A program made the position numbers and the translations under genes. From a bacterium (GTDB lineage: Bacteria > SM23-31), in the NCBI GenBank assembly GCA_965249485.1, contig OZ252239.1, forward strand, positions 1,472,001 to 1,536,000: a DNA stretch of 64,000 nt, given 5' to 3'. The notes beneath the pieces were generated by a model, which saw only the letters and a list, made by a program, of their open reading frames with translations, did not search any database and was not told the DNA's origin. How positions within the stretch are numbered: position 1 is the first letter of the stretch; every line of letters begins with the position of its first letter. Shown piece after piece: positions 11,015 to 22,185 of this stretch.

Positions 11015-11474
11015 TGAGGCCTCAAGTTGCATGAGTGATAGATTCTAATGTGTATTTCGTAGAATCATTACTAACAGCACTGAACTCTTGAGAGTTATAA
11101 AAAGGATTTCGTTTGTAATTTAAGGCGTATCTTAAATTTATTCAAGTATTTGGATAATATATTAAAAAAAATCTAAAAAATCAATCAGTTAGTAAAAGTT
11201 GCGATTCAGTGTATAATGATATCCTATTGAATTTTCGGTAGAATTATCGATCACATCTTCCTCTCGAACACTTGAAGCGCTGCAATTGCGGATAATACTT
11301 CATGTTGTGTCATCAATTTTGGTGTGCTCTTACGCCAAGAGTTCATATATTTTTGCTATATTTATCATGAATAATATTTGATTCGTTTGGGAATATCGAT
11401 ACGTTATGTATACTTAACTGAATTTTTGAAATATGTGTCACTGCCAGTATTAGTAGAAACAATAGAGTATAAAT

Positions 11475-12602
11475 ATGAAAATAGTTGTAATTGGTGCTGG
11501 TGCATTTGGTGGCTGGACGGCATTGCATCTCGTTCAAAATGGAGCGGATGTGACCCTCATCGATGCGTGGGGACCGGGCAATTCACGTGCTAGCTCCGGA
11601 GGTGAAACAAGGATAATCAGGAGCGTTTATCGTCATACTGTATACACAGAATTAAATGTTCGTGCACTCGAATTGTGGCATGAAGCCGGTCAAAAATGGG
11701 GGATTGAGCTGTTCCATAAAACAGGAGTTCTCTGGATGTCAACGAGCGATGAAGACTTTGTTGTAGATTCTCTCAACATCATGCGTTCATTGAATATAAA
11801 CCTAAAAGATATGACAGTAAAGGAAGCAGAGAAGTTTTATCCGCAGATATGTTTTGATGGGATATCGTTCGTAGTTTTTGAGGAGCATGCAGGTTATCTC
11901 CTTGCACGGCACGCATGCGAAGTGGTGTGGAAAAATTTCCTGCGGAATGGTGGTAAATACATACGTACGGCTGTCAAACCGGTCCAGTTTGAAAATAGTT
12001 CTGTAACTCAAGTAGAGCTGTCGAATGGTTCACTTATAAATGCGGACATGTTTGTTTTCGCATGCGGTCCGTGGCTCGGTTCGTTATTTCCAGATCTTTT
12101 GCTCGATAAAATTATTTCGACGAGACAAGAGGTCTATTATTTTGGGACAATCGCAGGCGATATAAAATTCGAGGAGGGCGCACTTCCGGTTTGGGTAGAT
12201 CAAGGAGATGGGGAATCATTCGGTTACTACGGTATACCGGGTAATGTCAACAGGGGTTTTAAAATTGCGAACGACATCCGCGGCGAGGTTTTTGACCCCA
12301 CCTATGGAGATCGAATGGTCTCAAAGAACGGCATTGATGCAGCTCGTGATTATTTACAGATGCGTTTTCCGGGAATGGAGGCCGCACCGCTCATAGAGGC
12401 ACGTGTTTGCCAATATGAAAGCACAGCCGATCTCCACTTTATTATCGACCGCCATCCTGAATCTGATAACGTTTTTATAGTTGGTGGGGGATCAGGTCAT
12501 GGTTTCAAGCACGGCCCTGCTGTGGGGGAATATGTTGCCCGCTCAATTCTGAAGGATGAACCGCTCAACCCGTTGTTTCTGTTGAACCGGTTTCACAAGT
12601 AG
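11475..12602 (+). CDS. FAD-dependent oxidoreductase, monomeric sarcosine oxidase / N-methyl amino acid oxidase family
   Basis: GAGAFG, SSGGETRIIR, RVCQY (flavinylation Cys position) and GSGHGFK. Confidence 0.85.
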   Translation: MKIVVIGAGAFGGWTALHLVQNGADVTLIDAWGPGNSRASSGGETRIIRSVYRHTVYTELNVRALELWHEAGQKWGIELFHKTGVLWMSTSDEDFVVDSLNIMRSLNINLKDMTVKEAEKFYPQICFDGISFVVFEEHAGYLLARHACEVVWKNFLRNGGKYIRTAVKPVQFENSSVTQVELSNGSLINADMFVFACGPWLGSLFPDLLLDKIISTRQEVYYFGTIAGDIKFEEGALPVWVDQGDGESFGYYGIPGNVNRGFKIANDIRGEVFDPTYGDRMVSKNGIDAARDYLQMRFPGMEAAPLIEARVCQYESTADLHFIIDRHPESDNVFIVGGGSGHGFKHGPAVGEYVARSILKDEPLNPLFLLNRFHK

Positions 12603-12610
12603 CAATAATT

Positions 12611-13207
12611 TTATTGAACAATTCTGATTTCTGCCCGCCTGTTTTCTGCTCGGCCTTCACGCGTATCATTTGCTGTTTTTGGCTCTTCATAAGAGAGACC
12701 CGTAATAATAAACTGTGACATTTTAAGATCCGTTTTATTAAGAAGATATTGAGCAGTTATCATTGAGCGATCTACGGAAAGTTCCCAGTTGGACGGATAT
12801 TTGTTCATCAGTTTATCCCCGATCCGTACCGCATCTGCATGACCTATGACATGAATTCGTGCTTCTGTGTTACTCTTAATTTGAAGCGCGATATCGTCAA
12901 GCTGTTTTTCGGCAGCAGGTGTTAGATACGAATAGCCGGAATAGAAAAGTATTTCGCCGAGACTTTGTGACTCCATCGCCATATCACCGTGCGATTCCAC
13001 TGATCCCATTGATTCAGTTGAAGCGGTATGCTGCTGTGTCTCAAGCATTGCAATTTGAGATTGCAGCTGTGTGATCATATTGTGCTGATCATCCGACTTA
13101 ACGGTCAAGGGGCTGTAAGCAAGAGTGTAAAACGCTATCCAACCGATTACACTTACTGCGAGGAGAATTCCCAGAGTTAGAGATAGTGATTTGGCTTTAT
13201 CATCCAT
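12611..13207 (-). CDS. Membrane-anchored OmpA/MotB C-terminal domain protein
   Basis: N-terminal TM helix and short coiled coil, then GHAD..., NWELSVDRS and RAENRR. Confidence 0.8.
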   Translation of the reverse strand: MDDKAKSLSLTLGILLAVSVIGWIAFYTLAYSPLTVKSDDQHNMITQLQSQIAMLETQQHTASTESMGSVESHGDMAMESQSLGEILFYSGYSYLTPAAEKQLDDIALQIKSNTEARIHVIGHADAVRIGDKLMNKYPSNWELSVDRSMITAQYLLNKTDLKMSQFIITGLSYEEPKTANDTREGRAENRRAEIRIVQ

Positions 13208-13407
13208 TGTGTCCTCACTGATTAATTTAATCGCAATAATGGTTCACACAATAGTATAGGGAATTTCTCAAGAGAATGGAAGGACTAAATTAGTAAATCT
13301 GTATATAGGAGTGTTTTATAGTGCAGTACAGAATATTTGTGGGGTGTGCTGCATCATCAGAAAGTATTTTGACCTGAACAAGTCAGATTCGGCCGTCACG
13401 CGACTTC

Positions 13408-16400
13408 TTAATTATTGCCCTGCATTCGTTGAATCACACGATTCGAAAATGACTGGACAGTCGTGCGGAGATCATCGAAGTACGTATATGCAAGCGGAAC
13501 AAATACGAGTGTAAAAAATGTCGACATTATCAGTCCCCCCATAATTGTTCTCCCCATAGGAGCATAGGGAATTCCTATAAGAGAGGAGTTGCCGAGGGCC
13601 ATAGGAACAAGGCCGAACATTGTAGTGAATGCTGTCATAAGAATCGGCCTGAACCTGTTTTTCCCCGCTTCAATGAGGGCGTCATGCCTCGACATGCCCT
13701 CTTTTCTGAATCGGTTGACAAGATCGACCAGAACAATTGCGTTGTTGACAACGATACCGATAAGAATTATCAGACCGATACCTGCCATCATGTCAAAGGG
13801 GGTTTTCGTGATATAAAGTGTCCAATATGCTCCGATGAAAGCAAACGGAATACAGACAATAATGGAAAGCGGGAGCACAAATGATTCAAACAATACACCC
13901 ATGAGTAGAAAGACAAACGAAACTGCCAGGATGAGTGCAAATTTTTGTGATGCCTCTTGAGATTCCCAACCCCTGAATCTGTCACCCTTATCAAGACTGT
14001 ACCCTCTCGGGAGCTGGAAGCCTGCAATTAATTGATCGATTTGTGTATATATATCCTGAGCACTTTCTTTTACGGTGTATCCTCGTACTGATAAATTTGT
14101 TTTGCCATTAGTCCGGTGGATAGAACCGACTCCTTTAGTTACTCTAAAATCAACAAAAGTAGCGAGTGGAAGCTCAGCCCCTGTTGAAGTTGTCACCATC
14201 ATGCCTTTCAGATTATCTAGCGTCTCCCGGTCAGATTTTTCAAGCTGAATCAATATGTCGATTTCACGCTCATCCGATTGATATTTCGGGAGGTACCGCC
14301 CGCGTATCATATAAGATACAAGACCGGCGATTTCCCGGGGAGATACGCCATATTTCCTTGCCAGAATTCTGTCAACAACGATATGAATCTCGTTATTACC
14401 CCGCCGCTCGATGTCAGATTCGACATCTACAAGCTGCGGGATCAATCTCATGCGCCGCTCAACTTCTTCAGCAATCGGTAACAGGGTGTCAGTGTCCGGG
14501 CCCAAAACCTGAATGGTGATTGCCTGATTATCACTGTCTCTCCGCCACGTTGTTCTGATGTCGACACCCGGAAATTCGGGCACCGATTTTTTTATATCGG
14601 CCACAATTTCATCATTATCTAATTTGTTACCGACCGGATAACCGATTGACTTTCGTACATTCCGGTAAAAAATATACCACCATGCATTATTCTCTAGCTG
14701 ATTTAAATATACATTAACGCGGCCTCTTCGTCGCGATATGTTTGTGTCGATTGTTTTGATATTATACCGCTCTTTATTTTCTATGATAAATTCTTCCAGT
14801 ACCAGCATTACATTATCAGCTTCTTCGAGATTATAATTGTCGGGCATGTCCACTATTATGCGGAGATCGGTAAAATTTCCATGACCTTCATCGGTTTTTT
14901 CTATATACGTGTACGGAAAGTAGATGGTTGCCACGAGAAGTATACCGATTATTGTCATATCAAAGCGATGTGATAGTGCCCATCTGAGTGTCCGTTCGTA
15001 AAATGACCGTCCCGTTGATACGATTTTCGATTCGGTGATATGTCCTTTAATCGGTAGTTTTTTTGCAATTAAAGGAATGAAAACAAGCGCAACAATCAGA
15101 GATCCAAGCAGAGCTGTTATAATTGGAACTCCAATTCTGAGGAGGTAAAAAGACATGCCGGTTTCGCCGCTCATCAGAATAAGCGGTAAAAACACGACAA
15201 TCGTGGTAAATGTTGCCATGATGACAGCAGTCGAGACTTCGCTTGCGCCGTTAACGGCGGCTTGCTCTTCACTGTCTCCAAGAATTCTCCTGCGATATAT
15301 GTTTTCAACGATCACAATTGAGTTGTCCACAACGAGGCCAACACTGATCATCATTCCCATGAGGGTTAATAAATTCAGTGTCCATCCTCCGAAATAGAGA
15401 GCAATGACTGTTACAACAAGTGATAAGGGGATAGCAAGCGTAATCAAAAAGGTCATCCTGAACCGTCGGAGAAAAAACAGCAAAATCCAGAATGCAAAGA
15501 GTGCTCCCCAGAGTGCAGCTTCTTCAAGATTATTCAGGGCATTAACAATATTTTCACCTTGATCAAAAAACACGAGTATATTGACACCACCGAGATTTGG
15601 ATTGTTTTTAATCTCATTGTCGATCATCGAAAGGGCAGCCTGTGTTACTAATATCGTGTTTGCGGTTGACTCTTTTTGAATGCTGATTTGCACAGCTGTT
15701 TTCAGGTCAATTCGCTCGAATGACGTTATTTCCGGGACGTCGTACCGAACGGAAGCAATATCTCTGAGCGTAATATCGGTGCCGCGTATCCGGATATTGT
15801 TGATATCATCGATATTTGCAAATTTTCCGAGTGCTCGTACATATAGTTTCTTCCCACCTTCTTTAAGATACCCGCTCGACAAAGCAAAATTGTCCTGCTG
15901 TAACTGCTGAATAATAGGATATATATTAATGCGGAGTGATTTGAGCTTTTCCTGATCTAATTCGATTAAAATTGTTTTTTGATCAAGTCCGGAAATTTGC
16001 ACATTTGCAATGCCGTCTATCCGTTCGAGTGGTTTTTTAATGAAATTATCCACAAGATAGTACGGGTCTTCGAATTCTTTGTCGAATGAGATGCCGATAT
16101 TAAGTATTCCCGCATCATCCATACTGAATTTTCTTACGGAATATCGCTCAACATCGTCAGGCAGCTCAGGCATGATACGCTCTATTCTGTCACGAACCTG
16201 ATTATAGGACTGGTCCATATCGGCATTCTGTTGAAACCTTACGAAAATCGAAGCAGTGCCAGAACTGCTGTTCGAGGAGATACTCTTAATATCCCGTACC
16301 GTCTGAATTGCTTCTTCAGCAGGCCGGGTAATATATTGCTCAATTTCACGGGGATTCGAATTTGGATACGGTATGGAAACGTGCAGAAAGGGCGGATTAA

Positions 16401-16533
16401 ATCCCTGTGGCATCAGTTCGACGGTTATTCTGGTGTACGCAATAAAACCGACAACAAGGAGTGCGGTCAGCATCATAATAATGGTAACCGGTTTTCGAAT
16501 TGCCAGTCTGGGAAGAAATGAGCCTTTGTCCAT
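13408..16533 (-). CDS. RND efflux transporter permease subunit (AcrB family)
   Basis: 1041 aa; GLVVDNSIVIVEN, GIVVNNAIV and RFRPILMT. Confidence 0.93.
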   Translation of the reverse strand: MDKGSFLPRLAIRKPVTIIMMLTALLVVGFIAYTRITVELMPQGFNPPFLHVSIPYPNSNPREIEQYITRPAEEAIQTVRDIKSISSNSSSGTASIFVRFQQNADMDQSYNQVRDRIERIMPELPDDVERYSVRKFSMDDAGILNIGISFDKEFEDPYYLVDNFIKKPLERIDGIANVQISGLDQKTILIELDQEKLKSLRINIYPIIQQLQQDNFALSSGYLKEGGKKLYVRALGKFANIDDINNIRIRGTDITLRDIASVRYDVPEITSFERIDLKTAVQISIQKESTANTILVTQAALSMIDNEIKNNPNLGGVNILVFFDQGENIVNALNNLEEAALWGALFAFWILLFFLRRFRMTFLITLAIPLSLVVTVIALYFGGWTLNLLTLMGMMISVGLVVDNSIVIVENIYRRRILGDSEEQAAVNGASEVSTAVIMATFTTIVVFLPLILMSGETGMSFYLLRIGVPIITALLGSLIVALVFIPLIAKKLPIKGHITESKIVSTGRSFYERTLRWALSHRFDMTIIGILLVATIYFPYTYIEKTDEGHGNFTDLRIIVDMPDNYNLEEADNVMLVLEEFIIENKERYNIKTIDTNISRRRGRVNVYLNQLENNAWWYIFYRNVRKSIGYPVGNKLDNDEIVADIKKSVPEFPGVDIRTTWRRDSDNQAITIQVLGPDTDTLLPIAEEVERRMRLIPQLVDVESDIERRGNNEIHIVVDRILARKYGVSPREIAGLVSYMIRGRYLPKYQSDEREIDILIQLEKSDRETLDNLKGMMVTTSTGAELPLATFVDFRVTKGVGSIHRTNGKTNLSVRGYTVKESAQDIYTQIDQLIAGFQLPRGYSLDKGDRFRGWESQEASQKFALILAVSFVFLLMGVLFESFVLPLSIIVCIPFAFIGAYWTLYITKTPFDMMAGIGLIILIGIVVNNAIVLVDLVNRFRKEGMSRHDALIEAGKNRFRPILMTAFTTMFGLVPMALGNSSLIGIPYAPMGRTIMGGLIMSTFFTLVFVPLAYTYFDDLRTTVQSFSNRVIQRMQGNN

Positions 16534-16566
16534 ATGTTTATCTTTTCTGTTGAAAAGGATTGTTGT

Positions 16567-19500
16567 TTATTTTTTTCTATCCATGACAGCGTATACAGTC
16601 GGAATGACAACCAGTGTCAGTACAGTAGAGCTGATAAGACCGGCTATAACAGTAATTGCCATCGGAGTCCGTATCTCCGCACCATCACCTAAACCCAACG
16701 CCATCGGCAAAAGCCCAAGAACCGTTGTTGCAGTGGTCATGAGAATCGGACGTAGCCGGACACTGCCAGCGAGCATTATTGCCTCTTCTTTCGTGTTACC
16801 GCGCTGCCGAAGCTGATTTATATAATCGACGAAGACAATTGCATTATTAACCACAATTCCAGCAAGCATGATCATCCCGATAAATACAACAATACTTATG
16901 GAGATCTTCATCACATAAAGTGTTGCAATAACACCAATAATAGCCAACGGAATCGTCGAAAGAATAACAAACGGATGAATCAGGTTTTCAAACTGAGATG
17001 CCATAATCACATATATCAGAAAAACTGCAAGAAGCAGTGCAAACCGGAGGCTGTCAAGGGACGTCTGCATTTCCTGGTTCTGACCGGCCAATCGAAATTG
17101 AAAATCTGCCGGTCTCGGAATATCCGCTAGTACCTGCTCTATCTGTGTGCTGACCGATCCGAGGTCGACACCGGTTAAATTTGCGCTAATGAGAGCGGAC
17201 CTCTGTTGGTTGATCCGCCGGATTTCACTCGGTCCGTCATTGATTTGTATACTTGCGACAGATGATAGAGGTATTGGGGTTGTTCCTCCGGGATTGATGA
17301 CAAGTTTGTACAGATCGGCGAGATTCGCTTTGTCTTCTTCACGTACTTTGACCAAAATGTCGATTTTACGTTCTTTATCCCGGAATGAGGTGGCAACTTC
17401 ACCCTGAACTTTATTTTTCACGAGGGTTGCCACCTGAAAGATATTCAAAGAATATTTTGAAAGCTGTGTTCTGTCATAATTTATAATAACTTCGGGATTT
17501 CCCCGGCGAATGTTCGACTTGACATCGGTTAATCCGGGTATGCCTGCTAGCTGTTCCACAACCTCACTACTGAGCCGTTGTAGTGATTCAAGCTGGTATC
17601 CCGTAATTTCGACCTCAATCGGTGTTTTGAAACTGAATAGCGCTGGCCTCGACAATTTTGTCGTAATACCGGAATATTGTGATAACTGTTCACGCAGCTC
17701 ATTTATTGCTGTCGTCTCTTTATCAAAAAGATTGCCACCTTCATTCAGCAAGACATTGACACGAGCAGTATGCTCGCCCTCTTCGGCAAGAGACGAGGTA
17801 CTGTTCAATTCGGTTCCGATAATTGCGCTTCCCTGCTTAACATTCGGGAGATTTCCGATCATATTTTCGATTTGCAGGGTGTTTTCTGCTGTCTGTTCAA
17901 CCGGAGTGCCAACCGGATATGTGAGTTCAACAGTGAATTCTCCTCGGTGAAGTTCAGGAATGAGTTCCTGACCGAGATTAGGCAGTAGATATAATAGGCA
18001 GAGAGCAAACAGCGCTAATGACGACATGATTACTACGGCTTTGTGCCTGAGAGCATTGTGCAGAATAACCGGATACATTCTGCTTACGGAGGCATACAAT
18101 CCGTTAAAGAGTCCCACTGCGGGAATAAGCACAATTGCCAGCAGTGTTATGATGCTGATGAACAATGACATAAATACTGCAATAATTCCCACAGGAATTA
18201 ATAATACAAGCTTTCCGAATAATCCGAAAGCCATTTCCAGAATAAACCGGGAAATAAAATAGAGGATTGCAACCGGGAATAAAATCCAGGCTAACAGTTT
18301 ACCTGTTCCGCCACGAAATTGCGGATATTTCTCTTCATTTTCGCCTGTGGGCCGGAGTAACTTTGTTGTAAATTGAGTATAGAGAGAAAAGTAAGTTTTG
18401 CGTGCCTGGAATAAGAGAATTCCATCCCAGAACATGCTAAGCCATGCAGCAGGAACGATCTGATCAGATAGCATTTTTCCATCTTTCAGATCACTATTTT
18501 CTAAACTGCTTCTCCTGGCGAAACCTGTTGCCACATAGAGTATCCCCCATAACACGGTAATGATACATTCAATAACTATAAGAATGAGTGCCGCGAGAAA
18601 AAGAGCAAGTTTTGTCACCATGTCTGTTAAAGACAATACGACAATCTTCGGTATTGAAGCATAAAATCCTGTCACACTCGCAGCAGAAGTATTATTTTTG
18701 ATAGCATTGATTTTAGTTTTAAAAAGATTCAATGAGCGAAGTTGGAGATAGTCCATCGATCGGATATTTGATAATGTATCGCCATTGTCTGACTGTGGAA
18801 GCTGGCGTGACGCTAACATTGGTATGAAAAATAGTGCGGCAAGCAGCGATGCCAGCAACGAGAAGACGACAACAAGAGCCATATCTCCAAAAATTTGTCC
18901 TGCAATTCCTTCGACAAACACTATAGGGAAAAATACTGCAATAGTTGTCAGCGTTGAGGCAAACACTGCTCCACCCACCTCTCCTGTGCCGCGTACTGCA
19001 GCATCGGCCACAGAATCGCCATCTTCCTTACACCTGAAAATCGACTCCAGCACAACAATTGAGTTATCGACCAACATTCCGATACCGAGAGCAAGACCAC
19101 CAAGCGACATGATATTGAGTGATACATCAAAGAGATACATGGGAGCAAATGTCGCAATGACCGATATAGGAATTGTCAGTCCGATAATAAAAGTGCTCAT
19201 CAGGTTTCTCAAGAAAAAATAGAGGACAACAATTGCCAGAATACCGCCCATAACTGCAGTGTTTCGAACTTCATCAATAGAACTCTTGATAAACACTGAC
19301 TGATCTGACAGTGTTGTGATTGTTACTCCGGCAGGAAGGGTATTTGAAAAAAAATCGGTGTCGAGCGCAGTTGGTGCAGCGCCACCACCCATTCCCATTC
19401 TTGGGCCTCGTCCCCGCCTTCCGCCTCGATGCCCGCCCCCGCCTGTGTTTGCTGTTTGCTGTTCTGGTGCTTCGGTACTTTGTTGCTCGACAAGTGCTTG

Positions 19501-20433
19501 CTGGGCAGCAGTACCGTAAATTTTATCCCGTACAGCCTGAGCAACAGTTACAATGTTTGCATCTGCTTCTTTATATATTTCGATGTCAACGCTTTCAACA
19601 CCGTTAATACGAGTCATAACTTCCCGGTCTTTGTGAGTTTTAAATGCCGAGCCGATATCCTGAACTTTGATGTCGGCTCCATTTCGTGTGCCGATTATTA
19701 TTTCATTAATTTCATCTATGGTACGGAACTCATTGAGCGTCCTGACAAGATACTCGGTGTCGCCTTCTTTCAGGTTTCCACCTGCAAGGTTAATATTCTC
19801 TTGCTCGAGGCGTAAATTAACTTCTGCAATACCTAAATTCAGCACTGTCAACTGGTTTTCGTTCATCTCTACACGAATTTCTTCAACAAGGCCACCCTTA
19901 ATCTTGATTGCAGCAACTCCCGGAAGTGTTTCAAGCTCACGCCTGAGTTCTTCGTCGGCAATCCGACGCAGTGAAATTAAATCCATATCACCATACAGCC
20001 CGAACCGCATGATAGGATCGAGAGTGGGATCGTATCTGAGTATTAAGGGCCGTTTTACATTTTGAGGAAGAATGACCTGATCCACTTTTTCCCGGACATC
20101 CTGAATTACCAGATTCATGTCGGTATCCCAGGAAAATTCAAGTATTACATCGGAGAGGCCCGCTTTTGATATGGAACTGATATTGACGAGATTATTGACA
20201 ATACCAAGTTGTTGTTCCAACTGCCGTGATATAATCGTTTCAATCTCCTCCGGAGCCGTGCCTGCGTATTCTGTCCGGACAGTAAGGGATGGATAGCTGA
20301 TCTCAGGCATGAGGTTAAGTGATAGAAGGGAATAAGAAATGATGCCAAAAACAAAGACCGCAATGACGGTCATGAGGATAGCGACCGGTCGTGTGGTTGT
20401 CAAACGGAATGTTTCTTTATAGTCTTTTTTCAT
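16567..20433 (-). CDS. RND efflux transporter permease subunit with large insertions
   Basis: 1288 aa; GMLVDNSIVVLE and RLRPILMT, a Gly/Arg-rich insert and an extra hydrophobic region. Confidence 0.92.
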   Translation of the reverse strand: MKKDYKETFRLTTTRPVAILMTVIAVFVFGIISYSLLSLNLMPEISYPSLTVRTEYAGTAPEEIETIISRQLEQQLGIVNNLVNISSISKAGLSDVILEFSWDTDMNLVIQDVREKVDQVILPQNVKRPLILRYDPTLDPIMRFGLYGDMDLISLRRIADEELRRELETLPGVAAIKIKGGLVEEIRVEMNENQLTVLNLGIAEVNLRLEQENINLAGGNLKEGDTEYLVRTLNEFRTIDEINEIIIGTRNGADIKVQDIGSAFKTHKDREVMTRINGVESVDIEIYKEADANIVTVAQAVRDKIYGTAAQQALVEQQSTEAPEQQTANTGGGGHRGGRRGRGPRMGMGGGAAPTALDTDFFSNTLPAGVTITTLSDQSVFIKSSIDEVRNTAVMGGILAIVVLYFFLRNLMSTFIIGLTIPISVIATFAPMYLFDVSLNIMSLGGLALGIGMLVDNSIVVLESIFRCKEDGDSVADAAVRGTGEVGGAVFASTLTTIAVFFPIVFVEGIAGQIFGDMALVVVFSLLASLLAALFFIPMLASRQLPQSDNGDTLSNIRSMDYLQLRSLNLFKTKINAIKNNTSAASVTGFYASIPKIVVLSLTDMVTKLALFLAALILIVIECIITVLWGILYVATGFARRSSLENSDLKDGKMLSDQIVPAAWLSMFWDGILLFQARKTYFSLYTQFTTKLLRPTGENEEKYPQFRGGTGKLLAWILFPVAILYFISRFILEMAFGLFGKLVLLIPVGIIAVFMSLFISIITLLAIVLIPAVGLFNGLYASVSRMYPVILHNALRHKAVVIMSSLALFALCLLYLLPNLGQELIPELHRGEFTVELTYPVGTPVEQTAENTLQIENMIGNLPNVKQGSAIIGTELNSTSSLAEEGEHTARVNVLLNEGGNLFDKETTAINELREQLSQYSGITTKLSRPALFSFKTPIEVEITGYQLESLQRLSSEVVEQLAGIPGLTDVKSNIRRGNPEVIINYDRTQLSKYSLNIFQVATLVKNKVQGEVATSFRDKERKIDILVKVREEDKANLADLYKLVINPGGTTPIPLSSVASIQINDGPSEIRRINQQRSALISANLTGVDLGSVSTQIEQVLADIPRPADFQFRLAGQNQEMQTSLDSLRFALLLAVFLIYVIMASQFENLIHPFVILSTIPLAIIGVIATLYVMKISISIVVFIGMIMLAGIVVNNAIVFVDYINQLRQRGNTKEEAIMLAGSVRLRPILMTTATTVLGLLPMALGLGDGAEIRTPMAITVIAGLISSTVLTLVVIPTVYAVMDRKK

Positions 20434-20565
20434 CGGGTAAATGATACGTTAATCGGTTTCAGGATAAAGGATACAAAAATAAAAAGTCCGCTGTCAATAG
20501 TGACATTTTGTTGCCAGATTGTGGTACGAATAATAATCACACTCTGTTTTGCGCTCTTTATATTA

Positions 20566-21681
20566 CTATTTTCCGTTGAGTGCACCATTCTGAGGCAGGG
20601 TCCTGATAAGAGCGCCGTCTCTCAGGCCATTTTGGCCGACAACTATAATTTCATCCCCGATGGAAAAGTTTTCTAAAGATTCAGTGAACTGCTCATCAGA
20701 AAATCCTGACTTTAATGCTACACGGCTTGCAACAGAATTTTCCACTTTAAACACATAGGGCAGCCCACTATCATACACAATAGCGTCTTTGGGTACTGCA
20801 ATCACATCAATATGCACCGCAGTAATGATTTGCACTGTAATAAACATTCCGGGACGCAACAAATTGTTCGGGTCTTTTATTCCTACAGTAATTTTGAATG
20901 TACCGCTTGTCGGATCCACAATGGGACTCATTCGCTTTACAAATCCTTCAAACGTTCTCTTCTCAAGATATTCCGAAATAATGACAGCTTCCTGTCCAAT
21001 ACGGATTCTGCTGATCTCACTTTCCGGTATAAATACCCGGGCAATGATTTCAGATGTGTCAACGATCTGGAAGAGTGCAGTTGATGATTGAACCCGGTCC
21101 CCGCTCTTTATATTCCGCTTGGTGACCACTCCTTTAATCGGAGAGGTAACTTTGGTATAACTTAGATTGAGCTGGGACTGCTTCCATGACAGTTCAGCGC
21201 TCTCCATAGCATATTTAGCATTATCGAGATCGACTTTACTGATAATGTTTTTCTCAAACGATTCATTTGTACGGTTGAACTCGGCTTCAGCTTTCTGGAA
21301 ATTCACACGGGATGTTTGCTCGGCAATAACATATTCCCTGTCGTCCAGTTGAACCAAGACATTGGTCGATGCAATTCTGTCACCTTCTTCAACAAAGAGT
21401 TTCGTAATAATCCCCGGGACCTGAGAATATACATCAACCATCGATTCGGTCTTTATGGTTGAGCTGAGATTAACAAATGAATTAATTGTTCTCGGTGTCA
21501 GATACGTCGTTTCAACAAGAACTTGTTGAGCAGCCTGAGATGCTTCTGGTCCTTGTCTCATAGCATTGGGCTGGTGCGCCTCATTCTCAGTATTATTTGC
21601 CTCAGTTTCCCCGGAGCCGCACTGCAGAGCAATAACAGAAGTCAGAATCAGTAGACAAGGGGCAATAATTTTATTCAACAT
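20566..21681 (-). CDS. RND periplasmic adaptor (membrane fusion protein), probable lipoprotein
   Basis: IALQC lipobox-like signal; VEEGD, SPIKGVV, VDPTSGT and LRPGMF. Confidence 0.92.
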   Translation of the reverse strand: MLNKIIAPCLLILTSVIALQCGSGETEANNTENEAHQPNAMRQGPEASQAAQQVLVETTYLTPRTINSFVNLSSTIKTESMVDVYSQVPGIITKLFVEEGDRIASTNVLVQLDDREYVIAEQTSRVNFQKAEAEFNRTNESFEKNIISKVDLDNAKYAMESAELSWKQSQLNLSYTKVTSPIKGVVTKRNIKSGDRVQSSTALFQIVDTSEIIARVFIPESEISRIRIGQEAVIISEYLEKRTFEGFVKRMSPIVDPTSGTFKITVGIKDPNNLLRPGMFITVQIITAVHIDVIAVPKDAIVYDSGLPYVFKVENSVASRVALKSGFSDEQFTESLENFSIGDEIIVVGQNGLRDGALIRTLPQNGALNGK

Positions 21682-21931
21682 TTTACATCCTTACTATAAC
21701 GTACGTCTTGCATGTAAATACAATTATCAGGTTAAAAAATTCAATAATTAAGTGATAATTTAAAATCAGTATTCTCAATTGCAAGTTCAATTTGTGTGAT
21801 TGCATTATTATAGCTCAAACTATTAGACGTTTTTGTAAACCCGATTGTTGCAAAAAATCCCAAAAATTTTACTTGCTAATATTTGTCAGGATAAATGTGG
21901 AGAAAAAATGCTAAAAACGTGATTTTTTTTC

Positions 21932-21960
21932 TTGCACAAAAATGAATTTTGCACTATACT
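21932..21960 (+). promoter_or_regulatory. sigma70-type promoter with no CDS downstream
   Basis: TTGCAC-N17-TATACT. Confidence 0.6.
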
Positions 21961-21966
21961 AGACAC

Positions 21967-22185
21967 GCTTAAAAATGAGAGTTCTCAATAGCTCTTTTTG
22001 AAGTATGTAATTGTAATAAAAAGGAGTACCGGCAGGTTTCACTTTTCGGATAGTTTTCTGCTCAACCGCACGGTTTGGCAGATGAGATTGATTATTAAAG
22101 CAGATAATTATAGAGTTATAGCTCCCTCACTACCCATCCATAATATATATAATTGATGGGTCTTAAAGCTGGGGGAGCTTTTTTT
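21967..22185 (+). ncRNA. Candidate small RNA (~220 nt)
   Basis: Lies between the promoter at 21932-21960 and the terminator at 22120-22185; contains an internal hairpin CTGC..AACC-GCAC-GGTT..GCAG; no convincing ORF. Confidence 0.45.
22120..22185 (+). terminator. Long hairpin intrinsic terminator
   Basis: Outer stem AGCTCCCTCA/TGGGGGAGCT, inner stem ACCCATC/GATGGGT, followed by a T7 tract. Confidence 0.7.

Noticed and set aside
21745..21990. Fur-box-like sequences upstream of the RND operon
   Set aside because: Only half-site matches (TTCTCAAT) in AT-rich DNA; the spacing does not fit the 19-bp or 7-1-7 consensus.
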